A DNA stretch of 48,494 nucleotides, counting the filler, from Catajapyx aquilonaris (taxonomy: Eukaryota), in NCBI GenBank assembly GCA_000934665.2. It is 2 parts of 2 records of this genome, joined end to end, with 100 filler letters (N's around TTAATTAATTAA, not from the genome) between each part and the next. Parts side by side here need not be neighbours in the genome. Positions count along the whole stretch, not along the records: positions 1 to 24,205 come from KZ539369.1; 1 more part is not named here. One strand, 5' to 3'. This document shows, piece by piece, positions 1-13,410 of this stretch. The number at the start of each line of letters is the position of its first letter. The first letter of the stretch is position 1. The notes below the pieces were generated by a model that saw only the letters and a list, made by a program, of their open reading frames with translations, ran no database searches and was not told where the DNA came from. A program made the translations under genes and the position numbers.

Positions 1-199
1 ACTCGTAACGTTTTGTTTCACTTGTTACACTCTATTGAAATTTTATAGTCGCTACTGTAATAAATGCTCAAGTAATATGATAATTAATTAATTAATTAAT
101 TATCTCATTTTTTAAAAAAATAAAAAAACAAAAAAAACACACATTTGTTCAGTTAACGTTGGGGGTGGGGTGGCCTTGCCTGCCCTCCCCTACAACGTC

Positions 200-268
200 A
201 CAGGTGCTTGGCGCAGTATAGCCATTGCTGCTGTTGCGCCATTAAACCATTAATCAATCAATCAATCT
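200..268 (+). repeat. Probable 3' end of a SINE/LINE-type repeat ending in (AATC)n
   Basis: ACAGGTGCTTGGCGCAGTATAGCCATTGC (200-228) recurs as an exact reverse complement at 22356-22384. It is followed by a TTAAACC..(AATC)n tail. Confidence 0.45.
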
Positions 269-3200
269 AATGTTGTAGTCAGTTCGTGTAAATGAGCGAG
301 TATCATTAAGGCTTGAAATGTCAATCACTTGATGATGAGAACAGTACGGCAACGAGTGTCGCCACCTTTTTCACCTCCAGATTGGAACATCTTGTAATAT
401 TGTCTCTGCAGCGACAGTGGAGTAGATCTGATAAGAACAGTAGTGAGGACATCAGTTACAGTCGGGAAGGTGATTGAAAATTATGTGCATGTCCTTTCCG
501 AGGATCAGGTTTAGGTCCGTGGAAGGTCAAAAGTCAGATTCTCCTTGTCCTTGGAGGGCCAAACCATATTCCAGGGTTGATACTTTGTCGTACAGTCTGT
601 CCTTCCTTGTTATTCGTAGTGTGTGTAGTAGTAGCATAACACTCATAACTGCCTCAGCCACAGCCATTGGGCCTCTTTCACCTTTAATCTGTTCTGCTGG
701 AGTCTGTTTCTACTGATGCGACAATTACAGTGCTTGATCAGGGTGGGGCAAGTCCGCTACTTGTGGAATTTTTTCAAGTCTGGCGGCTTTGGTGATTTTT
801 GGTGGTGTTGTTGTCGGACCACATTCTGGATTATTATGTTACAAGCTATGCCTACGGCCTGCTTTTTTCTCATGCAGGTTGTCACTAGTTAATATACATC
901 TGAACTTGGCTTCTTGAAACAGGCTACTCTAGCAAGACCTGCTGGACAAAACGTCCGCGTCGTCTTGACTCCGAGGCTTAGATTCTGTGGGTCTGCTGGT
1001 GACGTGTTCTATTCAAAATGCGTTGATTATTGCAAAAAGGTATCGGATTCCCCCCNCCCCCCCCCCCCTAGTTGTAACGTGCAATACTCAGAGGAGAAAT
1101 AATTTTATTTATACTCAGTGTTGTATGCATGCTTTCAACAATATTCAAGTAGCAGTCTTCGTATATGTCTGTTAGTTTTATGAGGTATGTTGCAACTTCA
1201 GCTTTTGGTGAGCAGTCCCCCCCTCCCGACTTGCACTAGGATGTTGGAAACAAAGTTACTCGCAGTTTCCTACTGCTACGGCAGCAACTTGGTGAAGAAC
1301 TTTCCTTTTGAGTTACGAACTCTACCTTCACTTTTCTGTCCATCGGGTCGATTTCAAGGAGATACAGTATTTTCTTCTGTTTCACTCAATCTTGGAAACC
1401 GGGAGTCTGTTTACAGCACTTTGGTTTTGCAATATGTAACACAGAATTAGTACATTGTTCGATGATGCAGTAGGTTTACATTCCAATTTAAAAATTTTTT
1501 ATTGGACTACAATAGATTTTTACCATTCAAACAACTACCAAGCATGCTGGGTCTTGCAAGAAAGAAGTGAAGAACATGCTTATATAATGCCCAAAGAATG
1601 TTTCCAGGGTGTAAATTTTTGCGGAATTTGATGTAGGGTTATCCAAGTATTCATATACGTACATAATCTGACTTAAACTGCAACGATCTTGGATGTAGCG
1701 ACTTCATAATCGTCAATTCTAAGTGCATCAGTTGACGTTTGTGTTTCTATTAATTATTTAGTAATATAATTATAAGGAGAAAAACGCTATGATCTTAACT
1801 TTATTGTCTTCATGCAACTGTCTTATCTTTCTTCATAACACTTCATTATAATAAGAGTACTTTGTTTTACATGTACGCATTTGATATTTGTTATCCACTT
1901 ACAGTACTGAGAGCGAATATTGATGATTCAATATAAAAGGACCTTGCAGACTTCAGCAAGTCGGAACGATTCGCATTACTTGTTACGACTTGTTACAGCA
2001 GCAGAATATTCTGCACACCGCCTTCCTCGTAGCACTTCGCAATTGTAATTGCAGGGTAGAAATATGTCCCCCCAACATATAGAATAATTAAATCGCAATT
2101 TTGATATTTTCCATGTTATCTTTAGTTTCCCAGAATTATTGTCTATGAGATATTATACTCACCTGACAATATTTTCGCAGGTCCTCCAATTGACTGTGTC
2201 AGAGTTACGGCGACCAGACCATAAAGGCCCCGCGCCAATGTATCTCATCATCCACAATTATACAAAAGCTAATCAAAGTCAAGAATTTACATTTACTGCC
2301 CTCACAAAAGGAACTCCAATCAAAATAGCACGATTTAATAGAATTTACGTTAGAGAAATTACTTTGTACATTTTAAAATGAAACCACACGACCACCAGCG
2401 CCATCTATTGGCCATCATTAGTTATTGCTTTCGTCTTGCTCACCAGGGAGACGACCCACTATGCGTCCACCCTACTCGGCTGCTCACACTCGACTCTCTC
2501 TCCCTCTCCCCCGCCTCCCCCCTCCCCGCCGCCGGCAATAAGTGGTGCCAATCGCACCGCACCCCCAAGGTGCCAAACTCCCGGCGGGGAAGAGCAAGGC
2601 GGGCAGTACAATTCTGTCACAACTTCACGCTGCAGAGAAGTCCATGAAACTTGTGTGCTGCAATTTATTGTTCGTGCTGTTAATAACAATGTCGCACTCT
2701 TCCGCTGATGTCATTCTATGCGGATCATATCCAATGGAAATCTATTGGTGGTGCATAAACTGCCTCCAGAAAATTAAGCGAGATGTAATATTGATGTGGA
2801 TGAAGACTACATTTTATACTTACTGAAGACTTGTTGGACAAAGTAATTTCATATACGGTCATTGTCAATGTCAACATCAGTGGTTTTATTAGATGGACGC
2901 ATCATAGTCCACCCAACCGCCCTCAACGTCATCTCGGCTGCTCCTTTTACTTCCATTTTCTTTCACAGACGGCCAAGCTAAGGTGTAATATCACAGAATG
3001 GGGAACTAGCCTTCATTTTGGAAACTACATAATAAATTCGCCCATATTTTTTGGATTTTTTTTGGCATATTCCGTTTTAAGATATCAGTTCCCGTTCCGG
3101 AGTAATTGGGGTTTTTATGTAGGGAAATGGTGACGCGTCACTGTTTCCCTAGAAAATGTTGACGTCACGCGAAGTGAAATGAACGCAAAAATGGTGTTAT

Positions 3201-6200
3201 AGAACGCGCCCCGTCATTGTTGTAAAATGCTTCGCTGTGGTTAGCAACCGTCCCATTCCGTGAGCAAGATAGCGGCCGGGGCGCGTTTTTACTTCACGCC
3301 GCTCAATCAGCTCAGGGGCTGGCAGGGGTGCCAACTGGCAGGAATCATCTGTCACCCGAATTCGGCACATGAAGGCCCCCTTTCTCCACCTCGATGGCCT
3401 ACAGTCGCCTTGCGAATGCTTTCCGTCGTGTCCGCGGTTAATTCAAAGTCAAATTCCTCATATCTCGCAGTCAACCAGGCATTTTCGTGTACCCTTTCGA
3501 TTGGCAGCGGCGTTTTTCCCGCCAATTTTGAAGGCACTTTTAAATGTGCCGTAATTTATCCAGTAATGTCATTTTGATGCAACAGAGTGATGGAATGTAT
3601 GTTTACAGGCATGGGCTAGCTAGTTATGAACAAAAATTCCAAATCCCAGACCAAGGCTAGTTCCCCATTTCAATACGTTAGCAGATTCAAAGGGAAAAAA
3701 CATCAAGGAAAGGCCCAGAGAAGCGGTATTTATGAAAAGTTGGTAAATTTGGTGATCAGGAACAATGACGAAGGAGATTTCTCATACTTAGTTTGTCTTG
3801 TGGCGCCTTTCCTCGGATAGCTTCGTCTATACTGGTAGGGCCACCCAAGCCGGACAGGTCTTTGGGATAGGAGACAGACTAAGAGAGATGCCAGTCTTTC
3901 CTCTCTTCTTTTTCCTCTTCGTTTCTCTCTCCATCTGTCCCACCTTTGCGTCTTCTTTATAGCCAGATAGCCACAGTTGCTTTGGCTTCTTCCGAATAAA
4001 CCAAACCAAACCTTGCCTTTGTGACTTTATGCTGCTGAAGTTGCGATTGATATTGGTTAACAAATAGATATGCTTACTTGTCCGGATAACTTATGTTAAT
4101 GTTAATGTAGGTTGTCTGCATCTTCGCTTCCATATCTTCACAAATTGTCCTTAGCAGTAAAAATGTCACTGCTAAGACCATATCAGTATTGTCCTCTTGT
4201 GTGCATCATTGGTTAGTTTCATTAGCAATTTGCCATGACTGTACAACGTCACCCAGTTTTTGGTGCAGTATAGCCATCATTTTTAGCCCTCTCGACTTTA
4301 GTGGGAGGTCAAAACTGAAGTGGGAAAATGACATGTGTGCGTTTGGAATATTATTTCAACATGCTTATGTATGTATGTTTCTCATGAGCAAATTTTTGGA
4401 TTCGGAGTGGTATCCAATATTTTTATTTCAATGTCAATCAGAGTTTGACACTTATTCATAATTTAGAGTTGGCTGAATGTTTCCTCATTTATCATCATAA
4501 TCTGGATGTCTGAAATACGATTTACAAAGCATATGTCGTTAGTTAGATCAAGTGACACAATTATGTATACATACAATGGTACTCAAGATGTACTCTGGTT
4601 GCCGTGACTTTTAAGTTGTACAGTGTATAAGGTGATTCAGAAGAATACATCAGTTTATATTCAGATTAATAGAAGTAAGGAGCAAATTCATGTTATGATA
4701 TAGTTCTTGGCTGGGATTGGTTTTAATCAAGTTTTAGTCGTCGTGCAGGGTTGAATTATGTAGCACTGCAGAGTCAATATAATATAGTGTTGTCGACATA
4801 TGCTGTGATGTTCTGATAACTTTCGGGCACACGACGTAATGAAACAGTGCCGTATGGGAAATGTGTGTTTTATAGAACAGACATATTTGTCAAAATGTGC
4901 TTTATTTATGTGTGGTGGTGGTGGTAGGTTGAAGATTATTTGACAATTTTGGTGTGCATTGAACATTGGTCTAACGACTCTAATCCACTGTCTGAGGATA
5001 TGGAGCACATACTGGGATGAAGATTTCCATGTTATACACAGTCATTAATAAAGCGTATTTGCAGAGAGGGTAGGGTATTTTATGTTACACAAGCGCATGA
5101 AAACTTGTATGGATAATGTAAATGCTTCCGGTAAATCAGGTGACAATTGGTTGAGAGCTATTTATGTTTAATAATACAGATTCATAATTGAGAATTTAGA
5201 GTATACGAAGACTTAGTCATGAGATCCATACTGATAGATGGACAGGATAGGACCATAGTCATTTTTACACGTGAAACTGCTGGAACATCAACACCTCTGA
5301 AGCAAGCATTTGTCCAGTTTTGATGTTCCTTTTCTCCACACTACCCACAATAGCGCACTTGCACCATATTCAAGTGCCTTTGGAGACAGTATTTTTCTTT
5401 TTCGTCTTTTCCTATCTTCATCTTCGCCGATGACTTTTCGCCTTCTTATGGTGTGGGCAAGATCGCACATACCCTGGATTTTATCTTGTATCACTGGTTG
5501 TAATGTTTTCACCTTACCCGCCATCAACCTATCTTTGGTGCCAGGTGTTTCTCCTGATGATGTGAACGTGTTTTTCATTAATGTAATTTACCAAAGTAAG
5601 GCTCATTCAAGAGACGTAGCAATTGTTACAGAATTTAACGGGAATCAAAATGAAAGGCGCCTGACCAAATACTTAATCTAATCCGTATTAATAATGATAA
5701 ATTCCAAGGCAGTTTATTGAGGGTCTTCAACCGAGCTGGTCAGCAGGCGGAAATCATAAAACGTTGTGCATAAAATGGAGATCGTAATTACTAATTAGCT
5801 AAGAAATTACCTTCTATTTCATTAATTAATAATATTAAACTTGCGGTGGGAATAAATTGTGATCACAACCCTGGAAACCGTATGCAGGTACGATCAATGT
5901 TTGCGAGGCAACCAAAAAGTACTCCAGGCATAGTCTTGAAGCCAGTCTTCACTGGGGTTAATTCAGTCTCATTGTCTGCCATTACAGTGTCTAGTGGACC
6001 CACTGATTGTGAAAATGAGCTCACATGCTTCACTGAATGGCAGACTTTATTTTTTTCACTCTAAGCCAAGACATAGTTGGTAATTAGTTGGTTGGATGTT
6101 CAGGGTCAGAGTAACACGGGCATTAGATACACCATGTTTAGGTCCTACTTTATGTCAGGCGCTAAATCATTTTCCGGCTCGTTCTTGGTCCTGAAGGCTG

Positions 6201-9023
6201 TTTTGAATTTGGGTTAACCAATTCTGAAATTCAGGCGTTTATGACACCACATTTTTCACCCCATAGCTAGCTTGCTCTTGGTCGCTATTATTCAGATGAG
6301 AACATCTCCTTAAAAACAGTAAGGGACAACTGCTGCACCTTTCTTATGGAATTTACCGTATTGTCAACGAATCTATTGCAGCTTCCCATTATTATGAATA
6401 GAAATCCAAGTCAATATATTGATATCTCGTTAAATATGACGATGCGTGGCTAACCTCATAATTATGAATGGACTTGTTTGGTGAAGGAGACAAAGAGAGA
6501 AGGCATTGTTTCCTTTCGTCTTTCATCTCATAGTTTGTAGCTCCATCTGACCTGTCGATGTAGTGTATCAGCATCATATGAATCTCGGTTATTAGGCCCA
6601 ACAAAGCAACCTCTTCACCTTAACGCGTGGAATTCAGATAAATAATCACACTATGTGCAGCTCAAAAGTCGTTTGAGTATACTCGGATTGTTTTTTATCA
6701 CTGTGTGACCAGGTGTGTTGCCGTCAGATGGCACATTGAGTGCGATTGGAATTGGGTTCAGACCCCATAGGATGAGGTGGAATATATTTCGCTGCTGTCC
6801 CTCCATGTCAAATAATTCAAATTCTTTCTCTAAGCATTTACCCAACATTGAAGAATATAAATTCGAGCCCTGGCCTGCCGCACCTTGAGATATTTCGTCA
6901 TTCCTCTTTGAAGTGCACACCTGCTTCCGGTTACTCATGTTTATACTTGATTAGTTAATTACTTTTCATAAGGAAGATGTGGAGCCTATGCACATATTTT
7001 GCATAATACAAGCATGATCCTAAGATTAATCACCTGAATGATCCACAATTGGTAGCTAATACTCGTCCAACTGTTTTCTGATCCTCTGTTGCTGTTGGAT
7101 GATGGCAATGGCTCAATTGTCCCAGAAGACTCCGCCTTATCACGGGGTAACGTAAAAAATATGGCCTTGGGAGGCTAGATGGCAAGCCCGATGGCGCCAC
7201 TCTTTGACATGAGGGATTGGAGTATACAGTTCGGATCGTCTCTTTTCTCCAACCGCATGACCACGCCCCGTCTAGCGGGAGCCACAGGCGCCGCAGGGGC
7301 CGAGGCAGCAGGCGAAGGGGCGCCCCACCGCTACGGGAGAGAGCGACGCCACCCCTCACGCCCGAAGAGCTGGACCCTCGAGACAGATAGTATAGGGAGC
7401 CATCCTGCTAAATAAGCAGAAGAAAAGGGACGAGCGGTCACAACACTGCACCAGTGCACAAAGCCACCCGTCTAGGAGAGGTGCCCTAGCCTCACCTCTG
7501 GACGAACCTCTTCAGGTCCTCCACATGCGTCAGGACTTTCTCGACTTTCCCCTCCAAAGAGGCCTAAGTCACTGGCGACACCTGCTCCACTATCTTGAAA
7601 GGTCCGAAGTACTTTCCTAGCAAGGAATGCACGACCCCTTTCTCCGCGTCAGACAAGTGACGTTCTTTACGAAGAACCAGCATGCCTACGGCGTACTGCA
7701 TGTCTCTAAGGCCAGTATTTTTAATTCATTGTTCGCCTTCCTGGTGAAGGGATCTACTGTATATGCACTACAGCTTCTCTCAATACGTTCTCATTTCTTC
7801 TTCCACCTCTGTATCTACCAGTCCCGCTGTGCCTTCCGATCTGCCAATGATTGCAGATCGCCGTCGTAATTATTCTTCCTTGGCTGCACTACTGCTACTT
7901 CCTCTCCGTCCCACTTGTACCATACCCCATCGCAAATCAAATTGCCAATTTTAATTTTAATTAATTGTAATAATTGTAATGATAAAAGAGCTATCGGTGG
8001 ATTTGTTGGTATCGGCCTCGCCTCGGGAGATTTTCAAACGGCTTTGTCGCTGTTAAATCTAAATCTATCTGATCAAAACTTTGTCGCTGCTATTGCGTCA
8101 AAAGACGGTCGTTTAAGGTTATCCCTCTTTAACACACTAGTCTCTTAGTCTTCCTTTGAGGAGTCTTCTCCGGGAACTCCATGCTTGGCTATTAGGCCTA
8201 AGCTCATATTGCAGCGGTCTCAACATCAAAAGTTTGGTACCACGTTGGTAGTCGCACCTGATCCTTTCCTCGCTCCATATTGAATTTGTTTCGGGTAAAG
8301 AGACAGTATGGGCGTCGCGTCGGTTAGGATCAATATTGTTGTTTGTATCCTGGAGCACCATACTACATACACAGTATATGCTTCATGAACTTTCGGAAGC
8401 GATGGTTTCTTTCTCTTATTATGTTTGTGTAACATTGCGGATATTACAAAACCACTTTTGGCGCTTCGGCATCCAAAGGCGCCTTCATAATTTTGTTGCA
8501 CAATAAAACATTTTGCCTAGTTTCATTCTCACTTCTGATTTTTAGCAAGGTAATGTGTAATAAATTTGACACATGTGTGACCCGGGTGAGTACGCATGTT
8601 TAAAAGGAGAAAAGGTGTTAGGTCATTGTTGCGAATGCCTAGTCTCACAATCTGTTGTATAGATTATATACTACGTCATTTTGTCTCCTAGCTGGGCCAG
8701 TTAGCTGCTTTTTCCATCGCTATATACGCTTGTGGATGGTTATGGCGTACGCAAGTATACCAGTGGGAACTGCTTCCTCTCCACGTAAATGTTCGCTTCA
8801 ATTTCAAATTTGACGCTGCACCTGTCGATGGACATCTCTGAAGGACAGCTGTCAAAGTTGATCATTACTGACATGATTGCACCCATGGTTATTCCTCTTG
8901 AAGGCTCTGACGGTTCCCATGGCTCCGTTGACGAGGCCCCCCAAGACGTCCATGTTTCTCCTCAACATCACGCGGCATCCAGTCTCGAGCGCTAGGACCG
9001 CCTCCAGCCCGGCCGTTCTGGAC

Positions 9024-9152
9024 GCATCTTCATGGGATCCCCAATCTGTTCACCATGGTGCGCAGTCTTTCGTTACACCCATGGGATACACAAAGGTGCA
9101 TGCAGGGGACATACATGTACTCCCTGACTTCCAGTAGGCAGCAGATGCAGAT
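9024..9152 (-). pseudogene. Decayed C3HC4 (IAP/MDM2-type) RING finger remnant
   Basis: Minus-strand translation ICICCLLEVREYMYVPCMHLCVSHGCNERLRTMVNRLGIP*RC fits C-x2-C...PC-x-H-x-C-x-C-x2-C, with one Cys changed to Ser and an in-frame stop at 9030-9032. Confidence 0.55.
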
Positions 9153-10606
9153 TAAGGGATGCTGGCCTGCTCTGTCTCCAGCCTACTGGCCTGCTCTGTC
9201 GGCTGCCTCTTCAGATAATTCTTGGAGCATCGTGGTTCCCCTCTGTCTATCAGCTGCGTTGCCCGTGACTTTGTCCTCCACCTCCAGCCGCACAGTCCTC
9301 GGGCAGGACAAGTTCAACAGTTGCTTGTTGAAGACCTGGCACATGTCATTTTTCGGCATAAGTCACACAGGATTTACCGCCTGCCTTACACCAGTTGGAT
9401 GGAACACAGGGGTCTGAAGCTGCGTCGGTCCACACTTTGCTCCTGAGAAGGTTGATGGTTACGTTGGACACGTGCCGACACACACTTCGCTGATCAAGTT
9501 TTGGTATTGAGTGTCGTCCAAAGGTGTCGTCCTTTTGTCGGACGTTGCTGAGGAGCTCCTCATATTCAAAGGTTCGCGTCCCAGTTTCTAGGCAACTGTC
9601 AGAACAACATTATGACCCAAGTAAAGATGGCGGGTACCTCAGCCTGACTAATGGGAAAGGATAAGGAGTAGTACTTCCTCTAGGTATTATATATTATATA
9701 GCATGCGGTGGCGGTGGCGTAGCAAGTGGCAGCCGCCACTCCGAGCCCGACCAAAGTCAGTATAATACGAACTCTCCCTCTTCGGCTCACCATCACTGTA
9801 GCAGACACGGGTAGCCCGACTGAGTGGGGTTGGTGGCGTTGGCCAACCCCTGTCACATAAGCCACAGATGTAAGCGCAGCCACCAGAGAGACAGCCGCCG
9901 CCAGCCCCATAAGAACCATCCCTGTAAGGTTGTCCTCTCGTCCAGGGTGCTCCCCCTGCAGGTGAATCTGCAGGTGCTCCGGGAGAAGAAGAGGGCCCGC
10001 AACACTTTTAAGTACAAGTTGTACGTCTCACAGAGGGTTTTCAGGCATACACGTGCTTGCTTTCCACCATGCAGGGCCGACTACGACTGTAGGAAAACGT
10101 TGATTAACGGTGACTCTCATCGACATTTTTGTATTGCCCATGCCTTCGGCGCTGGATTGGCACAACATGTGTAAGTTTTTGTAGATATTTCTGCTGGGAG
10201 TTGTAGTCGACCAACTTGTAAAATGAGTGAAAGAGCTTCTCTCTGTGTTTTGTTGTAAGTGATTGGCACGCAAAGTGGCATTTACATGCTACCTGTAATG
10301 ATTTAATTATTATATAAGTGGATAGAACTCCTGCATGCTGTTCATGCATTGCTGTTGTGGAATCATGCGAGCTACAAAGAGACGTCTTATTTATATTTTG
10401 TCGCGCAGGTCAATATTATAAACGTTTGGAGGATGATACTAATAATGTAACAGAGGAATAAAACATGGAGCGCTCTGGCCTCACCTGCGCTGGGGGTTCT
10501 TCGCCATTCTTTCCTCTGCTGTCGTAGCAGAGTAACTTCTCTTTTTGAGTGTATTTCGGCGCTTCTTGGGAATGCCCCCCCCCCCCCCTTTCCCCTGGTT
10601 TCCCTT

Positions 10607-10618
10607 NNNNNNNNNNNN
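10607..10618. other. Small assembly gap inside poly-C tracts
   Basis: 12 N flanked by C homopolymers. Confidence 0.95.
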
Positions 10619-13071
10619 TCCCCCCCCCCCCCCATTTCACTGGATTGCCATTGGAGCGTTTCTTCTGACGTCCTGTTGTCCCTTTCTCTGCAATGAAGAT
10701 GGTCCTTTTAAAACTGTGATTTACTACATTGTGTTAATAATTGTCATTTGTAGATATAAAATAATATTTAATAATGACTATTAACTTATAAAATCCGTAA
10801 TATGTTTTACATACCTTTCAATTTTTATCAACCTTGTGCCTCATACTATGTTCCCAAGAAGCTGCTGACTTCAGTGGGTAAGTAGCTTTAAATGAAAAAG
10901 CAAAGTAGTAGTTGTAGGTTTATATCATCGAGTTCACCATTGCAATGCTGAAATGTGACAACAAAACAGTAAGATATTGTTAATGAGGAATAATAGGGCA
11001 CTTGCACTTAAGCATCAATATGGTCAGAACCGAAGGCATCTTCCACGACAATTGCCTGCATTCCATTTTACCCGGCTGTAATCTATGTATTCACTCCCAG
11101 CAGTGTCTAGACCTTGATATTCACGGCTATTTGTGCCACCAGAAATGTGTCATAGCTGAGAGGTATCTGATATCATGCTGAGTGGTGCTTCATGCACTTT
11201 CCCCTGACAGAGCCAAGCTTCTCCTCGTTATCTTTTCATGTGTACTGAATATACTGTTTAACTGGACTTCATCACACGCGGAGATCTACTCTGATTTTAG
11301 AATGTATCAATCCTTGTGAGACATGTGTGACCGATAGCAGTATGTGTCGTGGAGTGTCGAAGCTGGACATATGAGGGCCACTTACCATTTTATCGTTTTT
11401 TGGTGTGGCCTTGGTGGTGGCAGGAACAGCGTGTGTCAAGGCTGGTGGCGCTGGACGGATCAGGTACATGGACATCAGGGGTCACATTTAGCAGGCATCC
11501 TGTTGTTGCCCGTCATTCCGTAATTAATATGCGTCTCAAGTATCGTTTCTCTATGCAGCAAACTCCTAACAGACACCGCACTCATATCAAGTTTAATTTT
11601 TATCTGTCACTACTTACGGCAGACGGTTACTCCAATCGTTGTGTTATTATGAAGTGTTACAAGTCAGAATGTACTATTCGCTCTGTGCACGGTCATACAG
11701 CGCGAACCTGCTTTCCTCTCCATTTCTTTCCTCGGAATTTTATTGGCTTTTTTAATCGAAAAAAGTAGTTTGCTGTAGTATGTAATCGTTTTATGTGGCC
11801 CACGTACGTACAATTGGTCTATTTCTTCTAAGGAGGAATATAGAGATTACGGAGCAGTTGCCCCTCGACTGCAGGTGTTACTGTAGAGAAATGGCCGTCA
11901 TGATTATCGTCATTGGTAGGGTTAGATTGAATATAGCCAAAAGTCGCAAGTATGACTTTGACATCACTGACGTCTGAAGGCCGCATCCTCAGTCAAACCC
12001 TGCTCTGAGCTCTTTGAGAAAATTTTCCAGCGTGTGGAGAAGAGGTATCACGATGTGCCTCATCTCAAGGCTGTTCTTCACCTCAAGATTTATTGCTGTG
12101 GCCGTGGCTGGGATTACGTACGATGTTTCTGGAGTGCGAATCTCCTTACCCAAGACTGAGTTGCTTGTAGTAAATTATTGTGACTGTTCATCTCCGAGAA
12201 GTGACGACGGAGTGCTGCCTAAGGTTTCGTCCCACGAGATATCGTCGTATCTGGTAGCAAACCGTCTTTGGGTGTCCGTACTACAGTACTGTAGGTCCGT
12301 GAACAAAACGAACACGTTTTAGAACTCTGTGTCACATTATTTTGTGGTCATCTCATGTTCTTTTAACAAATAATCTCTGCTTGCAAAAATTGCTCGATTT
12401 ATATAATAGTTCTAGTAAGAATATTCATTGCAGTAATTGCGACTCCAAGAGAGGGCGCCAGTATTATTGCAGATAACTTTGAATTGGATGCACAATCATT
12501 CACAGTTATGCGAAATGTTTTTATTTTGCTGTTACATTGGCACTTCTAGTCTCCGACTATTGTCCCTGGGTGGCTCTACCAGCTATGGTACTGAGCTGGA
12601 CATTAATGGTGTACCGGTGGCGCCAAGAGCCGATGAGATCTTTACCACCTGATGGTACTGTCGTATCTCGTTGATTACTCCTGCGTTGCTGATATCCAGC
12701 TCGTCGTATCTGGGCTCTCTCTGACCTTATATACGTACGTCTTGATGGTGGTGGTTAGGGGAGAGTGGATCTCCTTGAAGTACTCATCTGTGTATTGGTG
12801 GCCCTATGTCCTTCATAGCAGGTACTGTACTAGCTGAGAGAATGGGAAAGCTTTGGCATAAAAACATTTTCTCAACGTCTGAATCTTATCTTAGTTATGC
12901 CATTTCGGCTACTCGTTTCCTCGTTCCAAATTAAATTACTGGGGAGTGTCCCCAAATGAGCCGCGGCACGAAATTAGTACAACTTAGGTTACTAAAGCAG
13001 CTGATGTGATTTTCAGGGGACAATATATTTGACATATACGAAGATGGCGAATTATGTAGCTCTGCTGCTTC

Positions 13072-13410
13072 AGTTGATTTGACGGGACCTTTCCCTTTGG
13101 GGCTCGACGGAGGCCTGGGTGACCAGGCGGAAGTCGAGAGGCCTGTCGGACGGGATTGGGGCGAGTTCCGGACCTTACGGGTTCGGGACTCGATCGTGGG
13201 ACGGGCGGCTCCTCTGGGTGTCGTCCCGATGGTCGAGTCTCGACCCTATGACGGCTTGGGTTCGATTCGGAAGCGAACGGGTGGTCCGCCCCTGTGCGGA
13301 CCACGATGAAAGGGACTTAGAGTGATGATATAGGCCCTATGTGGGGCCCGGGGTTTAAGGACCTACATGGTCTGGAATAACCCCGTTAATATCTGACTAA
13401 GTTGATTTGA
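13072..13410 (+). mobile_element. GC-rich, hairpin-rich insertion flanked by an 11-bp direct repeat (putative TSD)
   Basis: AGTTGATTTGA occurs at 13072-13082 and 13400-13410. The interior is GC-rich in an AT-rich context, with hairpins such as GTGGTCCGC-ccctgt-GCGGACCAC (13281-13304) and GGTCGA-gtc-TCGACC. Confidence 0.6.

Noticed and set aside
3260..8500. Assorted 60-120 aa ORFs with coding-like composition
   Set aside because: No recognisable domains or consistent splice structure; probably eroded transposon sequence or chance ORFs.
9680..9919. Hydrophobic 79-aa ORF resembling a small membrane protein
   Set aside because: Low complexity, no family motif, and it lies in repeat-derived surroundings.
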